32,000 nt of DNA from Candidatus Saccharimonadota bacterium (GTDB taxonomy: Bacteria; Patescibacteriota; Gracilibacteria; UBA4473), in the NCBI GenBank assembly GCA_963677105.1, contig OY781871.1, forward strand, positions 540,001-572,000, read 5' to 3'. Positions 1 to 7,456 of this stretch are shown in pieces. A program made the translations under genes and the position numbers. The notes below the pieces were generated by a model, which worked only from the letters and a program-made list of their open reading frames with translations, did no database searches and had not been told where the DNA came from. The first letter of the stretch is position 1. Each line of letters opens with the position of its first letter.

Positions 1-4
1 CACG

Positions 5-33
5 GAAAAACAAAAGACCAGCCTCGCCAGTCT
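5..33 (-). terminator. putative rho-independent terminator of the TrpR/YerC-like gene
   Basis: Minus-strand RNA folds as AGACUGG-cgagg-CUGGUCU (7 bp including two G.U pairs, so it pairs only in the minus-strand transcript). It is followed by UUUGUUUUU and lies about 25 nt after the stop at 60-62. Confidence 0.4.
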
Positions 34-59
34 GTATTGATTGCAATTTTTTTGTTTAA

Positions 60-383
60 TTACGCATCAAAACACGCTGGCGAAACTGTGCCAGAATGAT
101 GATGTTGTGAATTGAGACGATTTAAAACAAGTTTGTATCCTTTATACTTTCCCTTCAGGAAACTCGAAATGCGAGCAATTGTTGTCGAACTCATTTTTGT
201 TTTTTCTTCGATCTTTTTATAAGAGATTTTTTTATCAAGCATTTGAACAACTTCCCAACGCCGAGAGAAATCATTTATTTCGTCCATGGTCAGTAAATCC
301 CGTAAAAATGCACTCATCTCTTGCTCGCTTTCAAGAGAAAGGAAAGCAGTTATGAGATTGCGCACGGAAGAATTGATTTTCAT
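60..383 (-). CDS. TrpR-related YerC/YecD-family helix-turn-helix protein (107 aa from ATG 383)
   Basis: LSLESEQEMSAFLRDLLTMDEINDFSRRWEVVQMLDKKISYKKIEEKTKMSSTTIARISSFLKGKYKGYKLVLNRL matches the YerC/YecD TrpR-like family layout. The ORF-track start at 503 would run through the hisS promoter and start. ATG 383 lies 10 nt below a TTGACA-17-TAAAGT promoter. Confidence 0.75.
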   Translation of the reverse strand: MKINSSVRNLITAFLSLESEQEMSAFLRDLLTMDEINDFSRRWEVVQMLDKKISYKKIEEKTKMSSTTIARISSFLKGKYKGYKLVLNRLNSQHHHSGTVSPACFDA

Positions 384-393
384 TTGCACGAGC

Positions 394-422
394 ACTTTAT
401 TTAAGTAAAGTATTTTTGTCAA
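394..422 (-). promoter_or_regulatory. sigma70-type promoter of the TrpR-like gene
   Basis: Minus strand: TTGACA (422-417), 17 nt spacer, TAAAGT (399-394), then 10 nt to ATG 383. Confidence 0.45.
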
Positions 423-450
423 ATTTTTTTTAAGACGAGGCTCTCCTTTT

Positions 451-479
451 TTGAATACCAACCATAACTCTGCTAACAT
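451..479 (+). promoter_or_regulatory. sigma70-type promoter of hisS-rhomboid
   Basis: TTGAAT (451-456), 17 nt spacer, TAACAT (474-479), then 7 nt to ATG 487. The TTG at 451 is what the ORF track used as a start codon. Confidence 0.4.
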
Positions 480-486
480 TCTCTCG

Positions 487-1893
487 ATGGCAAAACTAAA
501 CACATCGACTCCAAGTGGATTTCCAGAATTTTCTCCTGCTGAGCAGCGTGTTATTCAACAGTGGAAACGAACAATTGCAGAAATATTCGAGAAAAACGGA
601 TTTCCAATGCTCGAGACACCGCTTGTAGAACGTGCGGAAAATTTCGAAGCGAAGGGCGGAAATGCGAAGGAAATTTATATTTTAGATCGATTACGAAGAG
701 AGGAAGCGGCGGATCAAGACAAAGATGTTCGCGCGATTCGTTTTGATCATACAGTTCCATTAGCGTTATACGTTGCACGTCATTTCAACGAATTAGCTTT
801 TCCGTTTCGACGGTCAGTAATCGGTCCGGTTATGCGTGGAGAAAGGGCGCAAAAAGGACGTTTTCGACAATTTGATCAATGTGATATTGATGTGGTTGGA
901 AGTGAAAAATTAAGTCTCGCCAATGATGCACAGATGGTTGCAATAATTTCTCAGATTTTTGAGAGATTAATGCCGGATCAAGGATTTATAATAAGTATTA
1001 GTAATATAAAAATATTAAAAGGCCTTTTTGGGCATTATGGTTTTTCTGATAGACAAATTATTGAATTAAAAAAAGTTCTTGATGATTATGAAAAAGTGTC
1101 ATATAAAGAATTTTCAAAACGTGTTCATGAAACAGGAGTGTCAGAAGAGTTTTTTGATTACTTTATGAAATTCATGGAAGATATAACAAAGATTGAGAGT
1201 AACGACGAAATAATAAAAAGACTAAAAGAGGAGGCAGAAAAGAAAGAAATAACAAATAGTTCTTTTTTAGAGGGGGTTAAAGAGTTAGAAAAAGTGTGGG
1301 GAATAATAAAAATAATGATAGACGTAAAGCTTAAAGACCCCGTATATTTAGATGAAATTGAAGAAAATGGGGAGAGGAGGAAAATATTTGTACGTGAAAA
1401 ATGTAAGTTTAATTTATGGATAGTTCGTGGACTCGACTACTATACTGGAACAGTTTATGAAACGAATCTTTTAAATGAAGACGGAACAATAAATAAATCA
1501 TTGGGTTCAGTTTGTTCTGGAGGAAGATATGACGATTTGGCGTCTCTTTTTACTGGGAAAATATTACCAGGAGTGGGAATTTCTATTGGACTTACTCGCC
1601 TACTTTGGCAACTGTTTGATGCAAAATTAGTTGATGTTGACCGAGTGAATAATTCAGAAGTGATCATTCTTTCTCGAAACACAGAGTTGATAAAAGAATC
1701 GATAAAACTCGGCTCAGTATTGCAAGAACAGGGAATCGCTGCGGAAGTGTATATGGAAGAAAAGAAAATTCAGAAGCAGTTTGATTATACAAAAAAGATG
1801 GGGATTCCATGTTGCGTAATTGTTGGAGAGGAAGATACGATTGTGGAATGTGATGATCTTGAGCTCAAAGCTCAGGTTGAGAATCTGATTTAA
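487..1893 (+). CDS. hisS: histidine--tRNA ligase (class II), 468 aa from ATG 487
   Basis: HisRS blocks are present: FPMLETPLVERAENF, IRFDHTVPLALYVARH, motif 2 GPVMRGERAQKGRFRQFDQCDIDVVG, RGLDYYTGTVYE and GGRYDDL. A C-terminal anticodon-binding domain is also present (EVIILSR...MGIPCCVIVGEED). The insertion domain between motifs 2 and 3 is K/E-rich and looks longer than in E. coli HisRS. Confidence 0.9.
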   Translation: MAKLNTSTPSGFPEFSPAEQRVIQQWKRTIAEIFEKNGFPMLETPLVERAENFEAKGGNAKEIYILDRLRREEAADQDKDVRAIRFDHTVPLALYVARHFNELAFPFRRSVIGPVMRGERAQKGRFRQFDQCDIDVVGSEKLSLANDAQMVAIISQIFERLMPDQGFIISISNIKILKGLFGHYGFSDRQIIELKKVLDDYEKVSYKEFSKRVHETGVSEEFFDYFMKFMEDITKIESNDEIIKRLKEEAEKKEITNSSFLEGVKELEKVWGIIKIMIDVKLKDPVYLDEIEENGERRKIFVREKCKFNLWIVRGLDYYTGTVYETNLLNEDGTINKSLGSVCSGGRYDDLASLFTGKILPGVGISIGLTRLLWQLFDAKLVDVDRVNNSEVIILSRNTELIKESIKLGSVLQEQGIAAEVYMEEKKIQKQFDYTKKMGIPCCVIVGEEDTIVECDDLELKAQVENLI

Positions 1894-2424
1894 ATGCGAG
1901 ACTTTCCGCCGATAACGAAAGCGTTGCTTATTATAAATGTGATTATTTTCATCGCGAATCAGTTTGGAGCACTTCCATACACAGTTTCATTTCCAGGAAT
2001 TTATTCCATAGGAACTCTTTTGGCGCACTTTTCTCATGCATCATTGTTTCATTTGGGATCTAATATTATAGGGATTATCATTGTTTCTCCGATGCTTGAG
2101 CAAGACCTAAGAAAGAAGAAATATATTTTGCTTTTGCTCTTTTTGTGGCTTTCACAAGCGGCAGCTATTCCATTTTTAATAAATGCTCCGACATTAGGAT
2201 TCTCGGGGATTTTACTGGGATTGCTGACTTTTTTTGCAATACGGCTTTGGGTTCAAACGCGAAATATGTCGAATTTCACACTTGGAAGAGATTTATTATT
2301 TCTTGTAGGAATTAATGTTGCGCTGCCATTATTCGTTCCACAAATATCATTTATTGGACACGCGCTAGGAGCGTTACTAGGATTGATTGCTGCAACAGCG
2401 TCTCTCATTCCTTGCAGGAAATAA
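1894..2424 (+). CDS. rhomboid-family intramembrane serine protease (176 aa)
   Basis: Polytopic hydrophobic protein with HASLFHLGSN (H..xxH..N), the GFSGILLGL catalytic GxSG motif and the IGHALGALLGL catalytic His helix. Its ATG directly abuts the hisS stop (TAAATG at 1891-1896). Confidence 0.8.
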   Translation: MRDFPPITKALLIINVIIFIANQFGALPYTVSFPGIYSIGTLLAHFSHASLFHLGSNIIGIIIVSPMLEQDLRKKKYILLLLFLWLSQAAAIPFLINAPTLGFSGILLGLLTFFAIRLWVQTRNMSNFTLGRDLLFLVGINVALPLFVPQISFIGHALGALLGLIAATASLIPCRK

Positions 2425-2461
2425 TTTTGTGATTTCGGGAGTCATATATTACAGTTCGTCC

Positions 2462-3214
2462 ATGTTACCAATTTTAATTTCATTGCCACATTGCTCAGAT
2501 CATATTCCATATGATATTCGAGACTCTGTCGCGCTTTCTGATCTTGACTTAAAAAATCATTGTGATCTGTATACTTCGTGGATTTTTGACATTCCTGAAA
2601 CGTTTCAAGTAAAAGCGAGTTTTTCACGGCTCGTTTGTGATCCAAATCGTTCGGTAGATGATATTAAATTTCGCGACCAAAATGATTATGCGGAGTTCAT
2701 TTCCGACAGTATTCCGCTTCATTCTATCGACAAAAAACCAATTTATAAAAATGTTCTTACCGAGGAAGAAGTAGCACGACGAGTGAGAAAATATCATGCG
2801 TTGTATCACTGGCAGCTAGAAATGTATTTACCAATGGTGAAGTTTTTTATTGACGGACACTCTATGTACAATATTGCGCCAGATATTTATCGTAATGCTG
2901 GACAACAGCGACCAGATATTTGTCTTGGGACGCGTGATGGAACGACTTGTAAACCAGAACATGCAGAGTTTTTCAAAACATTTTTTGAAGCATGTGGATA
3001 TCACACAACTATTGATTCTCCTTTCAAGGGAAAATACATTATGGAGCGTTATTGCTCTTCAAATAGAGTTCCGGGGATTCAAGTAGAGTTTAATCAACGA
3101 TTCTACATTGACCCCGAAACACTCGAGCCAAAGTACGATAAAATTGAAGAACTAAATAAACAGATGACAAATTTAACGTTTGCTTTCTGTCAGAAATTTT
3201 TTCCAGAAGAGTGA
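2462..3214 (+). CDS. N-formylglutamate amidohydrolase (FGase, HutG-like) family protein, paralog 1 (250 aa from ATG 2462)
   Basis: Blocks align from memory to Pseudomonas HutG: LPILISLPH, FSRLVCDPNR, KYHALYH, FFIDGHSM, RPDICLGTRDGTTC, DSPFKGKYIMERY, PGIQVEFNQ. The ORF-track start at 2387 overlaps the rhomboid gene. Confidence 0.8.
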   Translation: MLPILISLPHCSDHIPYDIRDSVALSDLDLKNHCDLYTSWIFDIPETFQVKASFSRLVCDPNRSVDDIKFRDQNDYAEFISDSIPLHSIDKKPIYKNVLTEEEVARRVRKYHALYHWQLEMYLPMVKFFIDGHSMYNIAPDIYRNAGQQRPDICLGTRDGTTCKPEHAEFFKTFFEACGYHTTIDSPFKGKYIMERYCSSNRVPGIQVEFNQRFYIDPETLEPKYDKIEELNKQMTNLTFAFCQKFFPEE

Positions 3215-3925
3215 GATTGCGCGTTCTATTTTTTGAGAGACAGCGGTAAGTTGTTCGCCATTTATATTTTCAGCATTCGTAGAAAAAAGTCCGCGTCGAA
3301 CTTCGATTTGAACACCAGGAAGTGTTTTTTTGGAACAAAAATGTGTGAGTAAATGTCCGCCAAGAAAAGGATCATCTATTTGGACAGAAAACCCAAGAGA
3401 CTGAAATATTTCAGAAAACAAGAAGGCAGTTTTTTTATTGCACGTTCGAAAATTATTCGTGGAAAGGACAATGTCTGGTCGTTTACTTTTTGGATCAACT
3501 TCTTCATCCAGCGAAAGGTCTTCCATCGTATGTCCAGCGATAAAAAATTGAATATTTTCGTTTTTAATTATTTGCAAGCACCTTGCATAAAATTCTTTGT
3601 GCTCTTTTTCTCGAGATATTTTTTCAGAATCAGTTAGCGGAGTCATATATATTTCTTTGCCGTATTCTGTTTTTTGGCGAACAATTCCAGCTCGCTTAAA
3701 ATTTTTAGAAAGAGTCCAATCGTTACTTGCTCGATTCAAATCACAAAATAATCGAGAATATTTTGCTGACAAGATGTGAAATTTATCATGCGTGAAAATT
3801 TCTTTACTTCCATAATCCCAATAATACTTTTGTATTTGCTCAGTAGAAAGAGTTAATTGTTCTCGTGTAGCGATTGGCAGACAAGTTTCTCCATGAGGAA
3901 GGGCAATTAAAATGGGAAGCTTCAT
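3173..3925 (-). CDS. N-formylglutamate amidohydrolase (FGase) family protein, paralog 2 (250 aa)
   Basis: Same family blocks: LPILIALPHG, YSRLFCDLNR, FFIAGHTM, RPDIVLSTNNFRTC, DDPFLGGHLLTHF, PGVQIEVRR. Its start overlaps the ATP-grasp stop (ATGA at 3922-3925). Its 3' end overlaps paralog 1 by 42 nt. Confidence 0.8.
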   Translation of the reverse strand: MKLPILIALPHGETCLPIATREQLTLSTEQIQKYYWDYGSKEIFTHDKFHILSAKYSRLFCDLNRASNDWTLSKNFKRAGIVRQKTEYGKEIYMTPLTDSEKISREKEHKEFYARCLQIIKNENIQFFIAGHTMEDLSLDEEVDPKSKRPDIVLSTNNFRTCNKKTAFLFSEIFQSLGFSVQIDDPFLGGHLLTHFCSKKTLPGVQIEVRRGLFSTNAENINGEQLTAVSQKIERAISLFWKKFLTESKR

Positions 3926-5187
3926 TCTTGAAGTCTTATTGAATTACGGATTTCATGCAAAAGTTTTGTCGCATTGTTGAGTGTTTGTTGAAATTCTTTT
4001 CCATACACAAGAAACTTCATAATGAATTTTCCTCCACGAGAAGCTGGTCCGACCATTTCTCCGTTTTTTCGGTTAAGAGTTATATTTTTAATATCATCGC
4101 GATTTTTCAAACATGAAAAATCAATGGAATCGAGTTTCCCTATATTTGGTGAAAATATTTCGACTACCGCCGTATAAACAGGATATTTTTCTGGCAGAGA
4201 AATAGTATCTCCGAGTGCGACCTGAATACATATTTCATTGAGATCGAAGTTTCTTTGAGTTGCGACATCGAACATTTCTCCACGAAATCCTCCTGAACGT
4301 GCTGCGACTTCTACAACAGAACATTCATTTGTTTCTCGCTTAAAAAACACCTCAGTATGACTTCCACAAAAATTCGTTCCTAGCGCATCGAGCGCTTTTT
4401 TCACGGTATTATAAATAATAGATTCCTGTTCAGGAGTGTAGTCGGCAGGCAGAATTCTGATTGGTAAATGATGATCAGAAATTCCTATTTCTTCGGAAGT
4501 TACATATCTACAAATCGGAGTAAAATGATGTTTCCCGTTTACTGTCAGTGCATCGATTGATAATTCTTCTCCAACTAAAAGTTCTTCTAAAAGAAAATGA
4601 GTACGTGGATCAGGAGTAGTAGGAATTTTTTCATGATTAAATAATTGATCATGAAGAGTCGCCATTTCGTTTTGAATTTCTTCTTGAAAGACTCGCAATG
4701 TTTGAGCGAGATCTTCTCGTGATTTCACTTTTGCGACAAACCGGGAATGAACTCCAGAAAGTTGTTTTAAGATCAATGGAAATTTGTGACAGGTCAAAAA
4801 TTCTTCTGCCTTTTCCATACTATCAATTAAAACAAAATCAGCAGCTGGGACTTTCTGTTCCGCAAAAACTTGTTTCATCAAGAACTTATTTCGAAAGTTT
4901 ACAGATTTTTCAAGGGAAATTCCGGGAAGTTTTTTTGCTTCAGCAATTGCTGCCGTGGGAACAATGAAGTCTTCAAAACGTGTTAGGACGGCATCAAATT
5001 CAGACTTCGCTAAAACAGAACGCACCTCTTCCCAATCGAAAATATCATTTACTTTCCATATTTTTGAAAATGAATTTTCATATTCCAACTTAAATTCTCC
5101 TTTATTTATTAATAAAAAGTTTTCGTTATTTTTTGATAAATGTGTTGATTTACCGCGATATCCTACAAATAAAATTCTTTTTTTCAT
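3922..5187 (-). CDS. ATP-grasp domain carboxylate-amine/L-amino-acid-ligase-like enzyme (421 aa from ATG 5187)
   Basis: ATP-grasp layout: NKFLMKQVFAEQKVP, FPLILKQLSGVHSRFVAKVKSREDL, FLLEELLVGEELSIDAL, GSHTEVFF...CSVVEVAARSGG. The ORF-track start at 5205 is a TTG. ATG 5187 (MKKRILFVG) lies 8 nt below an extended -10. Confidence 0.75.
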   Translation of the reverse strand: MKKRILFVGYRGKSTHLSKNNENFLLINKGEFKLEYENSFSKIWKVNDIFDWEEVRSVLAKSEFDAVLTRFEDFIVPTAAIAEAKKLPGISLEKSVNFRNKFLMKQVFAEQKVPAADFVLIDSMEKAEEFLTCHKFPLILKQLSGVHSRFVAKVKSREDLAQTLRVFQEEIQNEMATLHDQLFNHEKIPTTPDPRTHFLLEELLVGEELSIDALTVNGKHHFTPICRYVTSEEIGISDHHLPIRILPADYTPEQESIIYNTVKKALDALGTNFCGSHTEVFFKRETNECSVVEVAARSGGFRGEMFDVATQRNFDLNEICIQVALGDTISLPEKYPVYTAVVEIFSPNIGKLDSIDFSCLKNRDDIKNITLNRKNGEMVGPASRGGKFIMKFLVYGKEFQQTLNNATKLLHEIRNSIRLQE

Positions 5188-5195
5188 CACGCAGT

Positions 5196-5204
5196 ATCTT
5201 AGCA
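5196..5204 (-). promoter_or_regulatory. extended -10 element of the ATP-grasp/FGase operon
   Basis: Minus strand TGcTAAGAT (5204-5196), 8 nt upstream of ATG 5187. No convincing -35. Confidence 0.3.
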
Positions 5205-5373
5205 AAAATAATGAAGAAGTGGGAGTGATTTTTCGTTTTCCAGTGTCACTTGACGGAAATTATTTTTTATTATAAAAAGGGCTTGTATTTTCGTTTATAG
5301 ATTTTAGATAAAATACTTATAACGAATACTCTTTGATAGAACGAGTTAATTTAAGAAAAATAAGGAGGCTGGA

Positions 5374-5652
5374 ATGAAAGCCATTTTAGCGATATTGGTG
5401 ATTGCTGCTTTTTGTTGGTTTGTACTTCAACCACTTGCTGAATCCACGAGATTTAGTAACGAATTAAACGAACTCAACTCTTGTCAGGAATTACTTGATT
5501 GGGCGAAGGAACGACACGATTTTACTGATCCACAAAAGAAAGAGGTCGCGCAAAGATTTTCTGAAATTGTTGAAAAGACGGGGAAAGAGATTGATTTTTT
5601 AAAATTTAAAGAATCGTTTGGTGATATGGGAATAAGGATCAAATTAAAATAA
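5374..5652 (+). CDS. hypothetical small membrane-anchored/secreted protein (92 aa)
   Basis: This is the only gene in the window with a canonical Shine-Dalgarno: AAGGAGG at 5362-5368, 5 nt before the ATG. It has an N-terminal hydrophobic helix (MKAILAILVIAAFCWFVLQPL) and a terminator downstream. I recognise no family. Confidence 0.6.
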   Translation: MKAILAILVIAAFCWFVLQPLAESTRFSNELNELNSCQELLDWAKERHDFTDPQKKEVAQRFSEIVEKTGKEIDFLKFKESFGDMGIRIKLK

Positions 5653-5678
5653 CCAACTCGTAATATCATACCTTTTGG

Positions 5679-5702
5679 GCGGGACGAAAGTTCCGCTTTT
5701 TT
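5679..5702 (+). terminator. rho-independent terminator after the 92-aa ORF
   Basis: GCGGGA-cgaaag-UUCCGC (6 bp including one G.U pair) followed by a T6 run. Confidence 0.5.
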
Positions 5703-5752
5703 AATATTAAAATTTTGGACTTGAGATTTCCTGAAAACTAAGTACAACGTGC

Positions 5753-5781
5753 TTGTTATTTTGCGCTATATATGGTACAAT
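5753..5781 (+). promoter_or_regulatory. sigma70-type promoter (extended -10) of the MFP-RND operon
   Basis: TTGTTA (5753-5758), 17 nt spacer, TGgTACAAT (-10 at 5776-5781). The predicted leader to ATG 5810 is about 22 nt and has no SD. Confidence 0.45.
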
Positions 5782-5809
5782 TTACAGAATTTTAAAAATT
5801 TTTCAAAAC

Positions 5810-7456
5810 ATGAAATCACTCATCCAACGAATCAATTGGAAAAAGGTATCCATAATTGTCTGCGCAATTATGTTATTGCTCGTCTTAAATCGAGTCTTTA
5901 ATAAACCAGCAGTGAAAGAAACAACAATTTCCGATTCACAAGCAAAACAAGTTTCAATAATCGAATTCGGTCGTTGGTCATCTGACGAACAACGAGAAAT
6001 TACGGGAACAATTCTCTCTGGAACAGATGTGGATGTACGAGCGGAAGTACCAGGAATAATCGAGAAAACATTCGTAAAAATTGGTGACATGGTTGAAGAG
6101 GGGCAAGTTTTGGCTTCTTTTCAACGGAAAAATGATGCGACACAAATTTCATATGAAAATCTGCTTCAGCAATTAGCAGTTGCAAAAATTCAAGCATCAT
6201 CTTCGGTTCAATCTGCAGAGATTGCTTTAAATTCCGCTCAACGTCAATTAGAACAAACAGCGAAAAGCGAAGCTCAAAATTATTCTCGCACATTCGATTT
6301 ACTAAAAACACAGGCTCGAAATGCTGAAAGTGAATTCGTGAATATCCTAGATTGGGCAGATACGCGACTTATGGTTTCTCATTCTGCGCGAGCAAATGCG
6401 GATTACAATGCACAACAAATTGGGAAAAATAATACGATCATGCGACAGAACTTGAAAAATGATTTGGAAGAATTATTGCGAGAACAAAAACGAATTCACC
6501 AAGAAAACCTTCCCGAGGTTATGACAGACGATGAAGTCTTGTTTTTGGCGACAGATCGATTGCAGCTTTTGAAAAAAATACGAACTTTTACTCGATCATT
6601 TAATCTGCTAGTACAAGGAACGCCAGTAACAGGATCTTTTTCTCAGGCAAACAAGACGGCTTATGAAAATGAAGCAACAAGTTTCGTAGCATCTATTGAT
6701 GCAAAGGTTCTTTCTCTTGAGACCCAGATTGAAGCTGCAAAATCAGAACAAGGACGGAATCGCCTTTCTGTTTTAGGCGCAGAAAATTCAGTACAAAACT
6801 TAGAAGCAGGACTTGCTGTGGCGAGAGCGCAAGCAGGATCACAGATCACACAATTGGAAACACAAATTCGTTTGGCACGTAGTAATCAAGAAGATCTTAT
6901 TGTTCGCGCTCCGTTTACGGGGACAGTTGTAGGGAAAACGGTTCTTCCTTTTGATCAGGTGAGAGCAGGAGACATTTTATTTTCTCTTGTTGGGGAAAAA
7001 GTTGCGCCAAAGATAATTGCGACTATTACTCGGAACGAATTAATGCGAATACAAACTTCTCCAGGGAAAGTAGAAGCAGTATTCAAAGACGGGAAAACAG
7101 TACCACTTACAGAGGTTCGTATTAGTGGGAAATTAAACGCCATTACACAGAAATTAGAGGTAGAATTTCCAATTGAAGAACTTCCAAAAGAAACTCTTGT
7201 AGGAGAATTTGTACGAATTCGAGTTCCGCTCAACGGAAAACACAACAACTTACTTCCTATTTCTGCGGTATCTTTTGAACCAGACGGACCAGAAATTCTT
7301 ATATTGGAAAAGGGAGAAGGAAAGAGACAAAAAATTGAGGCGGGAGAAATTATATCAAATGCGATAGAGATTCTTTCGGATCTTCCCGAAGGTTTGCAGG
7401 TGATACGATATCGGAATCGAGCACACGCAGGAGAAAAATTAGAAATTCGTAAATAA
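5810..7456 (+). CDS. efflux RND-type periplasmic adaptor / membrane fusion protein (HlyD family), 548 aa from ATG 5810
   Basis: N-terminal TM anchor (KKVSIIVCAIMLLLVL). Lipoyl-like half-motifs VDVRAEVPGIIEKTFVKIGDMVEEGQVLASF and LIVRAPFTGTVVGKTV flank a coiled-coil of about 250 aa, followed by a C-terminal beta-barrel region. The stop overlaps the RND start (TAATG at 7454-7458). Confidence 0.85.
   Translation: MKSLIQRINWKKVSIIVCAIMLLLVLNRVFNKPAVKETTISDSQAKQVSIIEFGRWSSDEQREITGTILSGTDVDVRAEVPGIIEKTFVKIGDMVEEGQVLASFQRKNDATQISYENLLQQLAVAKIQASSSVQSAEIALNSAQRQLEQTAKSEAQNYSRTFDLLKTQARNAESEFVNILDWADTRLMVSHSARANADYNAQQIGKNNTIMRQNLKNDLEELLREQKRIHQENLPEVMTDDEVLFLATDRLQLLKKIRTFTRSFNLLVQGTPVTGSFSQANKTAYENEATSFVASIDAKVLSLETQIEAAKSEQGRNRLSVLGAENSVQNLEAGLAVARAQAGSQITQLETQIRLARSNQEDLIVRAPFTGTVVGKTVLPFDQVRAGDILFSLVGEKVAPKIIATITRNELMRIQTSPGKVEAVFKDGKTVPLTEVRISGKLNAITQKLEVEFPIEELPKETLVGEFVRIRVPLNGKHNNLLPISAVSFEPDGPEILILEKGEGKRQKIEAGEIISNAIEILSDLPEGLQVIRYRNRAHAGEKLEIRK

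Noticed and set aside
451-486. N-terminal extensions from TTG/GTG starts in the ORF track (451, 2387, 5205, 5753, 11162, 12666, 17623, 21315, 21328, 26747, 28690)
   Set aside because: In each case a downstream ATG gives the family-typical N-terminus. Several of the TTGs are the -35 hexamer of a well-spaced promoter, and some extensions would overlap the neighbouring gene.
480-489. Shared CTCGATG context at the hisS, rfbB and comM starts as a conserved initiation motif
   Set aside because: Only three instances are present, and the other putatively leaderless genes differ. The evidence is too thin to call.
3212-3214. Possibility of an alternative genetic code (UGA=Gly, as in SR1/Gracilibacteria)
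   Set aside because: TGA terminates FGase paralog 1 (3212-3214), the ATP-grasp, pgi, mscS and ATPase genes at family-appropriate lengths. No long ORF is interrupted by in-frame TGA. The standard code fits.
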